A stretch of 64,000 bases of DNA, from contig CAWFQB010000001.1 in NCBI GenBank assembly GCA_963817895.1, positions 1,536,001-1,600,000 on the forward strand, read 5' to 3'. Source of the DNA: an uncultured Chthonomonadaceae bacterium. Its GTDB lineage: Bacteria; Armatimonadota; Chthonomonadetes; Chthonomonadales; Chthonomonadaceae. Below, piece after piece: positions 1 to 10,226 of the stretch (its first letter is position 1; every line of letters begins with the position of its first letter). Below the pieces are notes generated by a model. The model worked only from the letters and a program-made list of their open reading frames with translations, did no database searches and had not been told where the DNA came from. The position numbers were made by a program, and so were the translations under genes.

Positions 1-488
1 ACCTTGAACACTTCGCGCGTCATCATGAGGTCCGTGACCGCCTCTTCAGTCATGTCCATCATGCGTGCGATTTCAAGATTGGTGGGCGGGCGGCTCAACT
101 GTTGGCCGAGCGCGGCTATGGCGCGCGTCATGCGCTGGTTCAGTTCCTGCAACCAGGCAGGCTCCTTGATGATTTTGCCCCGGTCGCGCAGGCAGTGCTT
201 GATCTGTCCAATGATAAAGTGCGTTGCGTATGTGGAGAACTTGACTTTTTTCGCCGGGTCGTACAGGTCTATGGCTGTCAGCAGGCCGATGTAGCCCTCC
301 TGCGCCAGATCCTCCACGGGTTCGGAAGCCCCGGCAAATCGCCGCGCGATGCTTTCCACCAGATTGGCGTACTGCGCGACAAGCCGTTCTCTCGCTTTCG
401 GGTCGTGTTTTTGGCGATATGTCAGCAACAACGCCGCCGTATTCTCCTCCTGACGTTTGCGCGTCATGGCAATATCAGGGGTCGTCAT
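1..488 (-). CDS. SigB/SigF/SigG-family RNA polymerase sigma factor, runs off the left edge
   Basis: Manual minus-strand translation from ATG 488: MTTPDIAM...ARERLVAQYANLVESIARRF...EDLAQEGYIGLLTAIDLYDPAKKVKFSTYATHFIIGQIKHCLRD...LSRPPTNLEIA (sigma70 regions 2 and 3). Missing from the ORF track because its stop lies outside the window. Confidence 0.9.
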   Translation of the reverse strand, partial: MTTPDIAMTRKRQEENTAALLLTYRQKHDPKARERLVAQYANLVESIARRFAGASEPVEDLAQEGYIGLLTAIDLYDPAKKVKFSTYATHFIIGQIKHCLRDRGKIIKEPAWLQELNQRMTRAIAALGQQLSRPPTNLEIARMMDMTEEAVTDLMMTREVFK

Positions 489-1038
489 GTCCCGTGTCTG
501 AAATTGATTTGCTATCGGCATTGCTCCCTGTTGGACGCGCGCCTTCGTTCCCATCGTACGCGACGCGCCCCTGGCTTTCTTTGACCCCGCAATTCATCCG
601 TGCTTGCGAAGACGGATTGATTATTGCCAGAAGTGGGAAGCGGCTAGAGACCTGCCGCGAATTCCGATTCTTTAGCCGTATTTTCACTCTCTTTTGCTTC
701 AAATTCCGAATTCCGAACACCGAACGCCGTTTTTTTCTGGTAGAATGAAGCAGAACGCTTAAAGTTAAATTAAGTATTCCTGCGGGCTGATACGAGGAGG
801 GCGCGAAATATACGCTTGCTTCTCCCGCAACAAAACCGGACGCCCCTTTGCCGCGTAGTGTCTTACGCGCTTGCGCGTATTCTGTTTGGGTTTGGCGCGT
901 TTGTGTTTGACGCGCATGTGCATCGGCGCAATTTCCGCCAGGTTATAGCCATACAGGGTTCTCCCCGGCGCAGGGTTTCCATACTCGAACCCGCGTCCCG
1001 CCCTGTGCGCCGTTTGTGCTGAAAGGAGTTATGACAAC

Positions 1039-1782
1039 GTGAATTTTCTGTTGACGCAGGTTGTTTCCGGCCTGGTTTGGATCCTCTACGGCAGTTTCTT
1101 CGAGTGGTACTGGCACAAGTATTTCATGCACCAACCCCGTTTCCCCATGCAGGCTTTCAAGGGCCATACCATTGTCCATCACGGGCTGTACAAGGGCGAA
1201 CAGGACTATTTTTGCAGGGAAGACCGCCACCCGGAACACATTCTGCTCAAGCCCTACGCGCTGCCGGGCCTGGTCGCCACGCACATCCCCTTAATGTTGC
1301 TGGTTGAGCACTTCGTGCCGCATACCTTCATCGGCGCGTTTACGGCGATGCTGGGCTACTTTGTGGTCTATGAGTACCTGCACTATAACATGCACGTTCC
1401 GCGCAAACAGTGGGTGGAGCGCTTCGGCTGGTTCCAATTTCTGCGCAACCACCACAAGCTGCACCATACGCACTACCAGAAGAATTTTTGCGTCCTCTTT
1501 CCTCTGGCCGATTATGTGATGGGTACGATGGTCACGGAAGCGGACCTGGCCCGCGCCAAAGCCGAACGCGAAGCCGACATTGCGAGCGGCAACATCCGCG
1601 TGGAGCGCAAGCCGCGCAATCGCCACGCTGCCCGCTCGATGCCCCGCGATTACAAACTGGCGCGCGAGTTCTTCAAGTTCAAGACGCGGCGCGTCCGGGC
1701 AGGCCGGGTTCGCCGCAAAGTGGGCGACTTGAACGACCTGCGCGAAATGCTGCACATCGGCAAGAACCGCCGGGGACGCTGA
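1039..1782 (+). CDS. Fatty acid hydroxylase/sterol desaturase family membrane protein
   Basis: His boxes HKYFMH, HTIVHH, HYNMH, HHKLHH; TM segments; AGGAG RBS upstream. Confidence 0.85.
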   Translation: MNFLLTQVVSGLVWILYGSFFEWYWHKYFMHQPRFPMQAFKGHTIVHHGLYKGEQDYFCREDRHPEHILLKPYALPGLVATHIPLMLLVEHFVPHTFIGAFTAMLGYFVVYEYLHYNMHVPRKQWVERFGWFQFLRNHHKLHHTHYQKNFCVLFPLADYVMGTMVTEADLARAKAEREADIASGNIRVERKPRNRHAARSMPRDYKLAREFFKFKTRRVRAGRVRRKVGDLNDLREMLHIGKNRRGR

Positions 1783-2167
1783 ACACAGTTGATAGTTGAT
1801 AGTTGATAGTTCCGGTTTACTCATCGCTTTGTGTCAGGCTGTAAATAACTTTATGGCGTATTGCGAGTGGGACTGAGACTGGAACACTTTTGTAAATGAC
1901 GCCGCAGTGTACCGATACACTGCGGCGTAAAACGTTGGCTCATCGTTCATGTCCGCGCCTGTAACCTTACCGTCAGCCACAATTGCAAAACTTCCACAAT
2001 TGCAGAACTTCCCCCTGCGCCGCCTGAAACGCCGCAGGGCGCGTAGGTTGCTGTCGCTATCGGAAACGAATAATACGGATGTTGGGTATACAGGTGTTGA
2101 GACAATGCGCGAGTTGAACAACAATCTCCTCAACACTCAACACCTGACACCCAATACCGGAGGTTTT

Positions 2168-3244
2168 ATGAGCGAACTGAACTTTGATTTGTTGAAGCGT
2201 TTGTGCGAAACACCCGGCATCAGCAGCCGCGAAGAGCAGATGCGCAGGCTGGTGGCGGACGAACTCCGGCCCCTTGCCGACAGCCTGGAAGCCGATGTGA
2301 TGGGCAATGTCATCGCGACGAAAAAAGGCGCGGAGGGCGGGCCGCGCGTGATGATCGCCGCGCATACGGATGAGATTGGCTTTGTGGTCAAGTATATTGA
2401 CGACCGGGGATTTATTCGCCTGTCCCCTGTGGGGGGCTGGGACCCGCGCAACATGGTGGCGCAGCGCGTATGGGTGCATGGATTTGCCGGACAGAGTCTG
2501 CGCGGCACGCTGATGCCCGGAGGCAAGCCGATACATTTGCTGACTCCTGACGAAGCCAAACAAGGCCCGAAAATAGAAGAGTTCTTTGTGGATCTGGGAA
2601 TGTCGGGCGAAAAAGTGAAGGAACTGGTCGAGTTGGGCGATATGGTGACGATGGATCGGACGTGCGAACGCATGGGCGATATGGTCGTCAGCAAAACGCT
2701 GGATGACCGCCTGTGCGTGTTCGTGATGATTGAAGCCCTGCGCAAATTGCAGGGAACCAGCCTGCAATCCACGATCCTTGCGGTCGCCACCACGCAGGAA
2801 GAGGTGGGGTTGCGGGGCGCGATTACGTCCGCGTATGCGCTGAAGCCTGACATTGGTATTGCGCTGGACGTGACGCTCGCCGTTGACTTCGTTGGCACGT
2901 CTGAAAGCGAGCGCGTTACCAGTCTGGGCGGGGGCGCGGCGATCAAAATTATGGATAGTTCGCTGTTGTGCCATCCCAAAATGGTGCGCCATTTCCGCGA
3001 CGTGGCGCAGGCGAAGAATATCAAAACGCAACTGGAAATTCTGCCGCGCGGCGGCACGGACGCGGGCGGTATTCAGCGCAGCCGGGGCGGAGTCCCCTCG
3101 TTTACGCTGTCCATTCCTACGCGCTATATTCACACCGTCAATGAAATGGCGCACGTCGAGGATATTCAGGCCGCCATAGACCTGCTGGCGGCGTATCTGG
3201 AAGAGGCGCATACCCGCAATTACGGGTATGCGGATGAGATTTAG
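2168..3244 (+). CDS. M42 family aminopeptidase/endoglucanase-like protein
   Basis: Motifs AAHTDEIG, LDDR, QEEVGLRGA, GGTDA, RYIH; GGAGG RBS before ATG 2168. Confidence 0.92.
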   Translation: MSELNFDLLKRLCETPGISSREEQMRRLVADELRPLADSLEADVMGNVIATKKGAEGGPRVMIAAHTDEIGFVVKYIDDRGFIRLSPVGGWDPRNMVAQRVWVHGFAGQSLRGTLMPGGKPIHLLTPDEAKQGPKIEEFFVDLGMSGEKVKELVELGDMVTMDRTCERMGDMVVSKTLDDRLCVFVMIEALRKLQGTSLQSTILAVATTQEEVGLRGAITSAYALKPDIGIALDVTLAVDFVGTSESERVTSLGGGAAIKIMDSSLLCHPKMVRHFRDVAQAKNIKTQLEILPRGGTDAGGIQRSRGGVPSFTLSIPTRYIHTVNEMAHVEDIQAAIDLLAAYLEEAHTRNYGYADEI

Positions 3245-3372
3245 TTGATAGTTGTAGTTGATAGTCTATGCTCTTTCCTGTAAGTCGTGTCCATTAGATG
3301 TTCAATGCGCAAATCCGGCAGGGAAGAGATATCAACTATCAACTATTAACTATTAACTCTAAAGGAACAGAC

Positions 3373-4005
3373 GTGGAAGTTCAGATTGCGAGCGAAACGT
3401 ACCAGACGGCAGGCTATCAGCACAAATGGCGTCTGTACAGTTTTGTGGAGCAGATACACGAAACCTTGCAGCTTCATCCGCGCCGTGTGATGGAAGTGGG
3501 AATCGGCAACCGGTTCACCACGCAGGCTTTGCAAAGCGCCGGCGTAGAGGTGACGACGGTTGATTTCGATGCTGATTTGAAGCCGGATATTGTGGCTTCG
3601 GTGCGCGACATCCCGCTTCCTGACGCCTGCGTGGATGTGAGTTTGTGTTTTCAGTGTCTGGAACATCTGCCGTTCGAGCAGTTCATACCTGCGCTGCGCG
3701 AACTGGCCCGCGTGAGTCGGGAATACGTTTTCCTCTCCATTCCCGACTGTCGCCCCCATTTTCGGCTGGAAATCGCGCGCGGCTGCCATTATCAGACGAT
3801 CTAGCGGCGCAGTATCAGCCGCCTGCCTTGGCGTAAGCCCGCCGCGCATGAGTTCGATGGACAGCACTACTGGGAGTTGGGCAAAGCGCAAACGCCCGAA
3901 GAGGTTGTTCTCGCTGCCATAAAGCAATCCGGCCTGCATCTGGAACGCCACTATCGTTTACCCCTCAATCCGTACCACCATTTCTTTTTGCTGCGCAAGT
4001 CCTGA
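3373..4005 (+). CDS. Class I SAM-dependent methyltransferase with an internal in-frame TAG at 3802-3804
   Basis: EVGIGNRF SAM motif and QCLEHLPF; the same frame continues after the TAG as RRSISRLPW...HEFDGQHYWELG...PYHHFFLLRKS*. Confidence 0.75.
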
Positions 4006-4136
4006 AATATTTTCCTGAAAACCTGTGTAAAATCCTCTAATTAGCAAGGCGAACTCTGTCGTGGTATGATAAGAGTTGGAACAATCTGGTTTGCAAAAGT
4101 GATTGTAGACAGATTGCTGATAAGGAATACGGCACG

Positions 4137-5484
4137 GTGATATTGACGGGAAAACAACAAAAATTAGGACGAAATCGCGTAGGGCGCGTGTGGCTGCTGA
4201 CAATGGTATTTTGCCTGCCGATTTTGCTGATGGGTGGATTGCTGCTGGCGCAGGATTACGCGGAAGACCCTGTCAACTACCTGAAAACCTCGCCCTCGGA
4301 TGCGGTTGCCGATTTGCAGCAAAAGCTGGACAGCGGGCAGGCGCAGTTGAAGTTCGACAGCAAGCGCGGGTATCTGCTTGCCGTACTACAGGCGCTGCAT
4401 GTTCCCGTCTCATCGCAAATGCTGGTGTTTTCCAAAACCAGTTTTCAGCGCGACCTGATTACGCCGCAAACTCCCCGCGCCGTGTATTTCAATGACCGCG
4501 TGTATGTGGGGTGGGTGCAGGAGGGCAATTATGTCGAAGTGGCCTCAGCAGACCCGCAATTGGGCGCGGTGTTCTATATTCTCAAGCAGGAGCCGACCGA
4601 CAAGCCGAAGTTTATGCGGCAAACGTATGAGTGCCTGCAATGCCACGACTCCAATCTGGCGGGGAGTGTGCCGGGGCATCTGATGCGTTCCGTGTACCCC
4701 GACCGGACGGGCAACCCGATCTTTTCCGCAGGCAGTTACGTCACTTCGGATCAGAGTCCGCTTGGCGAGCGGTGGGGCGGCTGGTACGTGACGGGGCGGC
4801 ACGGCGGGCAGTTCCACATGGGCAACATGGTGGCGCAATCCGAAACCGCGCCGCAGCAGACAGATTGGGCAAAGGGCGGCAACCTGACGGACTTGAGCAA
4901 AGTCATTAATGTGACGCCATATCTGAGCAAACATAGTGACATCGTGGCCCTGATGGTGGCCGAGCATCAGACGCAACTGCAAAACCGCATCACGCGGGCC
5001 AATTACGGGACGCGGCAGGCGCTGCAATACGCGAAATTGCTCAACAAAGATTCTGGGACGCCCCGAAGAGTTTCTATCCGACAGCGTGAAAAGCCGGATT
5101 AAAAGCGTGTGCGAACCGTTGGTAAAAGCCATGCTGTTTTCGGGCGAAACCAGACTTACGGCTCCCATTACAGGCACGTCGGCTTATGCCGCGCAGTTCG
5201 CGAGTTACGGCCCGTTCGACCGGCAGAAACGCAGCCTGCGCGAATTCGATCTGCAAACGCGCCTGTTCCGCTACCCGCTGAGTTATCAAATCTATTCCGC
5301 CACGTTCGACGGCCTGCCCGACATGGCAAAACAGTACGTCTACGGGCGCTTTGAGGAGATTTTCACCGGCAAGGACAGGAGCGCGGATTGGGCGCATCTA
5401 TCGGATGCCGACCGCCGCGCCCTTCTGGAAATCCTCCGCGACACCAAGCCGGAGTTTGCCACCTGGGAAGGGGGGAAGCGGTAA
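4137..5484 (+). CDS. Secreted protein with a CxxCH heme-c motif, frameshifted near 5060-5090
   Basis: N-terminal hydrophobic signal and CLQCH; the second part (ORF 5086-5484, SLREFDLQTRLFRYPLSY) continues the protein in another frame. Confidence 0.65.
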
Positions 5485-5548
5485 GAGATAGGGATAAGAA
5501 GAATTAGATTTTACTTATCCCTTACCCCTTCTCCCTTATGACTTCCTC

Positions 5549-5577
5549 TTGACAAACTCTTGCCGCCGTGCTATACT
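5549..5577 (+). promoter_or_regulatory. Sigma70-type promoter of the tRNA-Val/tRNA-Asp pair
   Basis: TTGACA-N17-TATACT with TG extended -10, about 30 nt upstream of tRNA-Val. Confidence 0.85.
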
Positions 5578-5609
5578 ACATCTGCTTGCGGCGCAGCGGA
5601 CGAGAGAGC

Positions 5610-5682
5610 GGGCGAATAGCTCAGTCGGTAGAGCGCTTCGTTTACACCGAAGATGTCACGGGTTCAAGTCCTGTTTCGCCCA
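5610..5682 (+). tRNA. tRNA-Val(TAC)
   Basis: Acceptor GGGCGAA/TTCGCCC, anticodon arm CTTCG-TTTACAC-CGAAG, T-loop GGTTCAAGTCC; no encoded CCA. Confidence 0.97.
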
Positions 5683-5710
5683 TGTGTTGGTGTGCGATGT
5701 TTGTGGTTGT

Positions 5711-5784
5711 GGGGGTGTAGCTCAGTTGGTTAGAGCGCCAGCCTGTCACGCTGGAGGTCGCGGGTTCGAGCCCCGTCATCCTCG
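5711..5784 (+). tRNA. tRNA-Asp(GTC)
   Basis: Acceptor GGGGGTG/CATCCTC, anticodon arm CCAGC-CTGTCAC-GCTGG, T-loop GGTTCGAGCCC. Confidence 0.97.
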
Positions 5785-6311
5785 TTCTTGATAGTTCTTG
5801 CTAAATGGTGAGGCTTATAGTACAAAACTATGAGCCTCATTTTCACGTTTAGAGTGTTCCCCGTCACCTATTGCGCCCCCGTAATATAGCGCTACAAACA
5901 GGAACCGGAAAGCGGCAAACGCTTCGCCGATTTTCTTTGCCCTGCTTTACTGCCTGCCAATGCAACCGTCGTTTAGCACAACAGCCACAAGAGCGCCGTC
6001 AAGCGTTCTCTATGGCTGATTTAGCGTGTAAAACTCTCCTTGCGCTATGCGTGACTCGTGGATTTAAGGAGAGGCATCAGAACGGCCTGAATGTCGGCGG
6101 GAACAGATGCAGGCGAACGGTTTCCCGGTTTGCGTTCCAGGCAGTTTTTGCGCGTGATGTATTTTCTTCAACATCGCGGGCTTTTCTTTTTTGACACGGC
6201 AGGAGTATCGGCGGAAACTTCTGCCATCAACCAATCAGCCACAGGCCGCATGTTCGCGGTTCCTGTGGCTGTTGTCTTTGCAGTCTCGATTAGGAGCGTT
6301 CTTGCAGTCGT

Positions 6312-6980
6312 TTACGCGGCTTTGCTGGCAGTCTTGCGACGGCGCAGGAAGGCGGCTCCGGTGAGGCTCAGTCCGGTGAGGAGGGCGATGGAGCCGGGTT
6401 CGGGAACCGGAGCCACAGTTACCCGAATGTTGTCATAGTAGACGCTGTTCGGAAAGGACGTGCCGCCGCCAATCAACGTAATGCTGAGGATGTTGGAGGC
6501 CGACACAGAAATGGTATCAAAGATAGGAAGGGAGGTATTGCCGTAGTTGTCGCTTCCTGTCCCCAACAGAGTGCCGGTTCCATTCAGACCGCTAAAGGCA
6601 TTAAGTGTGAAGGTGTCGCTATCCCCGCCAAAATCGCCATAATCCAGACTGACGGAAGACAAAGGAGCGGAAAAGTTGACCACAAACGGGGTTGCACTGG
6701 ATGAATCGTTGAACGGAGAGAGACTGTGGTTGCCAAAAGTAGCGGGGAAGGAGCCTGCGGGGGCAGTCGTTGTGTCCACAATATCAAACGCGCTGCCGGG
6801 TCGGGTGAAGGTGGCGGTCACGCCCCCGCTGGTTTGTGGCAGCGTTGTCAGGCTGCCGGGAAAGCCGCTACCGAAAGTGGTTGTAGCCGTTGCCCCCTCA
6901 AAATTGAAGGTTTGCGCCTGCACAGTGGAAGCGGCGGCAAGAGCGCAGACAGTGACGAAGGCCAGTTTAATGAAGCGCAT
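6312..6980 (-). CDS. PEP-CTERM sorting-domain surface protein 1
   Basis: Signal peptide ending AQ; C-terminus VPEPGSIALLTGLSLTGAAFLRRRK. Confidence 0.92.
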   Translation of the reverse strand: MRFIKLAFVTVCALAAASTVQAQTFNFEGATATTTFGSGFPGSLTTLPQTSGGVTATFTRPGSAFDIVDTTTAPAGSFPATFGNHSLSPFNDSSSATPFVVNFSAPLSSVSLDYGDFGGDSDTFTLNAFSGLNGTGTLLGTGSDNYGNTSLPIFDTISVSASNILSITLIGGGTSFPNSVYYDNIRVTVAPVPEPGSIALLTGLSLTGAAFLRRRKTASKAA

Positions 6981-7060
6981 GAACGAGTCTCCTAGTTAAG
7001 ATTAGTGAGAGAACACAGAAGCGGGGAGGGTATCAAAAAGACTACCGTTACCTCTATGTA

Positions 7061-7077
7061 TTGCAAGATTTATGCCA
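7061..7077 (-). promoter_or_regulatory. Sigma54 -24/-12 promoter of PEP-CTERM gene 1
   Basis: Minus strand reads TGGCATAAATCTTGCAA, matching the TGGCAC-N5-TTGCW consensus spacing. Confidence 0.8.
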
Positions 7078-7341
7078 AACTGCCACGTTTGCGCCCTGTG
7101 CCTCACTTTTTCTGCAAAATCCCGCATTTCTCCAATGGAGAATACTTCTTGTAGACGCCTTTGCGTTCACATAAGAGGACGTACAAACATGCGGCTTGCG
7201 GCTTTGGCGGGGCAGTGGCTAGAATGGAGAGGGCTATAACGCGCAACGTGAACGGTGACAGCGCGACAACAGGCCCTTACCCGGTGACAGCACAACGCTT
7301 CAACAGCGAACAGTTCAGATTGAGGACGGCGAAAGCGGCAG

Positions 7342-7406
7342 TCAGTTGGTTAGAGCGCCAGCCTGTCACGCTGGAGGTCGCGGGTTCGAGCCCCGTCATC
7401 CTCGTT
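7342..7406 (+). repeat. Exact 65-bp direct repeat of tRNA-Asp lacking its first 11 nt; att-like site
   Basis: Identical to 5722-5786 (TCAGTTGGTTAGAGCG...CATCCTCGTT), 1620 bp downstream. Confidence 0.92.
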
Positions 7407-7493
7407 GGTAATTATTCAGTCAATCAGCCACAGTTCCCAATAATGGGTACTGTGGCTGATTTGTTGTGTCAGACCAGGAATTATTGTTGGCGC

Positions 7494-8093
7494 TCAGGCG
7501 GCTTTGCGGGCCTGTTTGCGGCGGCGCAGGAAGGCGGCTCCGGTGAGGCTCAGGCCGGTGAGGAGGGCGATGCTGCCGGGTTCGGGAACGGCGGCGGGGG
7601 CGAGAACTCTCACATCATCCAGATACGTCGTAGTCGGGGCAGTGGCACGTGAGTAGCCGAAAATGGAAAACCCGGAAAGAACTTTCGTAGTATCGAGGTT
7701 GGAAGTAACGTCAAAAAAATCAAAGTTGGTATCGGGGGTAGTAACCGTGAATCCCGTATTGCTGCCATCCGTGTAGAACAGCGATACGAAAGCGGGCTGT
7801 TGACTTTCAGTGGGATGTTCCAGCCAAAACGAGACTTCCGTGATTGTACTAGCGGCGGTGGGCGTGAAGTTTTGCCGGATTTCCTTGTTACCTATATCGG
7901 TAGCGCTGAACGTGCCGGAATGTGATACAGCGGAAGTAACGGTCCAATCTTCACTACCGTCAAGATTACGGTCTTGGAACCAGGGCGAAAGACTGCCTGT
8001 TTCAAAGCCGGGATTGATAATGAGGTTCTGTGCCTGCGCCTGTGAGACAGTCAGAACGAACAGAGTAGCAAGCGCGAGTTTACCGAAACGCAT
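7494..8093 (-). CDS. PEP-CTERM sorting-domain surface protein 2 with CBM-like NLIINPGFE start
   Basis: MRFGKLALATLFVLTVSQAQAQ signal; C-terminus VPEPGSIALLTGLSLTGAAFLRRRK; AAGGAG RBS. Confidence 0.92.
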   Translation of the reverse strand: MRFGKLALATLFVLTVSQAQAQNLIINPGFETGSLSPWFQDRNLDGSEDWTVTSAVSHSGTFSATDIGNKEIRQNFTPTAASTITEVSFWLEHPTESQQPAFVSLFYTDGSNTGFTVTTPDTNFDFFDVTSNLDTTKVLSGFSIFGYSRATAPTTTYLDDVRVLAPAAVPEPGSIALLTGLSLTGAAFLRRRKQARKAA

Positions 8094-8171
8094 GAAGAAT
8101 GTCTCCTTAAAGGTGAATAGGAAATAGAGAAACGGCGAGGGCATCGAAAAGACTACCGTTAAATACACCTA

Positions 8172-8188
8172 TTGCAAGATTTATGCCA
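8172..8188 (-). promoter_or_regulatory. Sigma54 promoter of PEP-CTERM gene 2
   Basis: Same TGGCATAAATCTTGCAA as at 7061-7077. Confidence 0.8.
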
Positions 8189-8445
8189 AACTGCCACTTT
8201 TGCGCCCTTTGCCTGAAAATCTACCAAGCTTTCTGATAAAAACTGGTAATGAAGAAGGGTTTCGCAAATTGGAGAAACTTCCGTAGACACAAACTTACGC
8301 ACATAAGGGACTGTACAAACATGCGGATTGCGCATTTCTCGATATAGTGGCTAGAATCCGGGCGGCTGTAAGACGCGGCTTCTGCGACCATTCCTGAACA
8401 CATGGAACGTAATGGGTTACAGTGTGGCAACAGACGGCTAATTTC

Positions 8446-8496
8446 AACGCGTAAAGGGCGCGGGCAGAAATTTTCTGCCCGCGCCCTTTACGCGTT
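8446..8496. terminator. Perfect 25-bp-arm palindrome downstream of the Ro60 gene
   Basis: AACGCGTAAAGGGCGCGGGCAGAAA-T-TTTCTGCCCGCGCCCTTTACGCGTT; terminator role is inferred from position. Confidence 0.65.
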
Positions 8497-8570
8497 ATGC
8501 CCCGATTAGCGACCCCAATAGGAATCAGACTGCTGCTTCAAACGGCCCGCTTGTCTGTCTGCTCACTTTC

Positions 8571-10202
8571 TCAGATACGCCCTGCCGCAAACTCGGAAAT
8601 AACCGCAGGCGCGCTCGTATCGAACCCTACCAGATCGAGCATATTGGGGTTGTTGGGATCGGCGATGCTGAATTCATTGGACACCATGCCGACGACTATC
8701 AGCCGGGCGGCTATGCCCATCTTGTCCTGATACTGCTTTAGCGCCTGCACGGGGTGAACCTTTCCCGCGTAGGTTTCGCTATCAGTAAAGATAACGAAAG
8801 CGTCCGCCTCCACCTTGTTTTGCATGGCCCAGACCATAGGCAGGGAGCAGTCGGTTCGGTCAAACGGCATTCCGTTCATACGGGCGGTCACAGCATCCAG
8901 ACACTCGTTCCTGCCGACTGCGAACGGAACGAACTTGTTGGAAAACGCCATTGTCGCCACGTTGTTTTCCACCCGGTTCGTTGCCATTGCCATCGCCGCC
9001 GTTCCGATGCGCGGCGTGATACCCGGCATTCCCGCAATCAGGCCCCCGGCCATCGAACCGGACACGTCCAGCCCCAACACGAAGCGCATACCGGTTGGCG
9101 CAATCGCGTCGAACGCCATGTAGAAGGCGGCATCCAGCGCCTCCACCACTTTGGGTATCACCGGCCATTCCCCGTTGCCCCGGATGCCGCGCCCACTGCT
9201 GTACGTGTTCAGAGCCACCAGCAGCGACAGGGGGTGAACTCGCCCGCGCCGTATCTGTTCCCCGTCCGTCAGCCGAGCGATAACCGCGTTCAGGTTGCTG
9301 TACTGGCCTTCGGCAATCGCGCCGGTCTTGCTCAGGTTGCTCAGGTTGCGCAGCAGCCACGTCATGCCCGCCGAGGGAATCAGCGCCTCATAGACCGCCT
9401 TGCTCCGCTTCTCCGACGGCACACACTCCATCGGCAGGCGATAGGTCTGGATCAGGTGAACCAGTTCCTTCTCGTCGGCTGTTTTGGCGCGTTCTGCCGC
9501 CCATATGATTTGCAGCGCCTCATTTTCATGTGGAACGATCCCGACACCCGGCCAACTGTCCACCATGTAAGAAAAGATGGCGTTGCGCGTGTCACTGGCT
9601 GCGGCAATGCCCTGATTACGCGCCTGAACGTGCGCCAGTCGCAGCATGTCGGCGTGCGCCCACCCTCGCGCTGCCGATACTTCACCGCCTGAAGCGCCAG
9701 CACGGCCTCAGTCTTCTCCATATACCAGTGGGAAATCGCCTTGCGCAGCCCCTTGCCCCATCCGCGCAGGGCGTTGACGTAGCGGGCGTACTCGAACAGG
9801 TGCGTTCCCGTCCGCGCTACGCGAGGCAGGGCGGCAAACGCCGACTGGCGCGTCCGGTCATCGCCGGTTGCCGAACACAGCGCGAGCGCGAACAGGGCAG
9901 GCGAGTTCTTTGCGGCGCGGCCCGTATCGGAAATCTCCACAATCATGGCAACGGCGCGCGCTCCGTCTTCCGCAATCGCGGCAAGAGAAGCCGCCATGTT
10001 GTCCCGCGTGAGTTTCTGTTCACTGAGCATAGTACGAGCCGCCCTCCGAGCCGAGAATCAGAAAGCGATGCAGGCGGGTGAAGTTGTCTACCGCATAGAC
10101 GTAGCCGCCCGCGTCGTTCTTCACCTGGTTTGCGCCGGGAATGGGATCGGTCTGCGGGGTTGCCTTCGGGTTCAGGATGTTGTTCAGATACGCGGTAGAC
10201 AT
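8571..10202 (-). CDS. rsr: Ro60/Rsr TROVE-domain RNA-binding protein, two apparent frameshifts (~10025, ~9660)
   Basis: Three overlapping ORFs give RFLILGSEGGSYY, RTGTHLFEY, GWGKGLRKAISHWY, KYRQR, the vWA MIDAS LDVSGSM, TDCSLPM, FTDSET and GFD. Confidence 0.92.
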
Positions 10203-10226
10203 GAGTTTGCTTTCAGATTGACAGGT

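Noticed and set aside
4..748. Plus-strand ORFs at the window start
   Set aside because: The real gene is the minus-strand sigma factor at 1-488.
5871..6230. Possible integrase remnant between tRNA-Asp and PEP-CTERM gene 1
   Set aside because: No recognisable recombinase motif in the frames I read; only short unsupported ORFs.
7342..7406. Second canonical tRNA-Asp gene
   Set aside because: The first 11 nt (5' acceptor strand and start of the D-stem) are absent.
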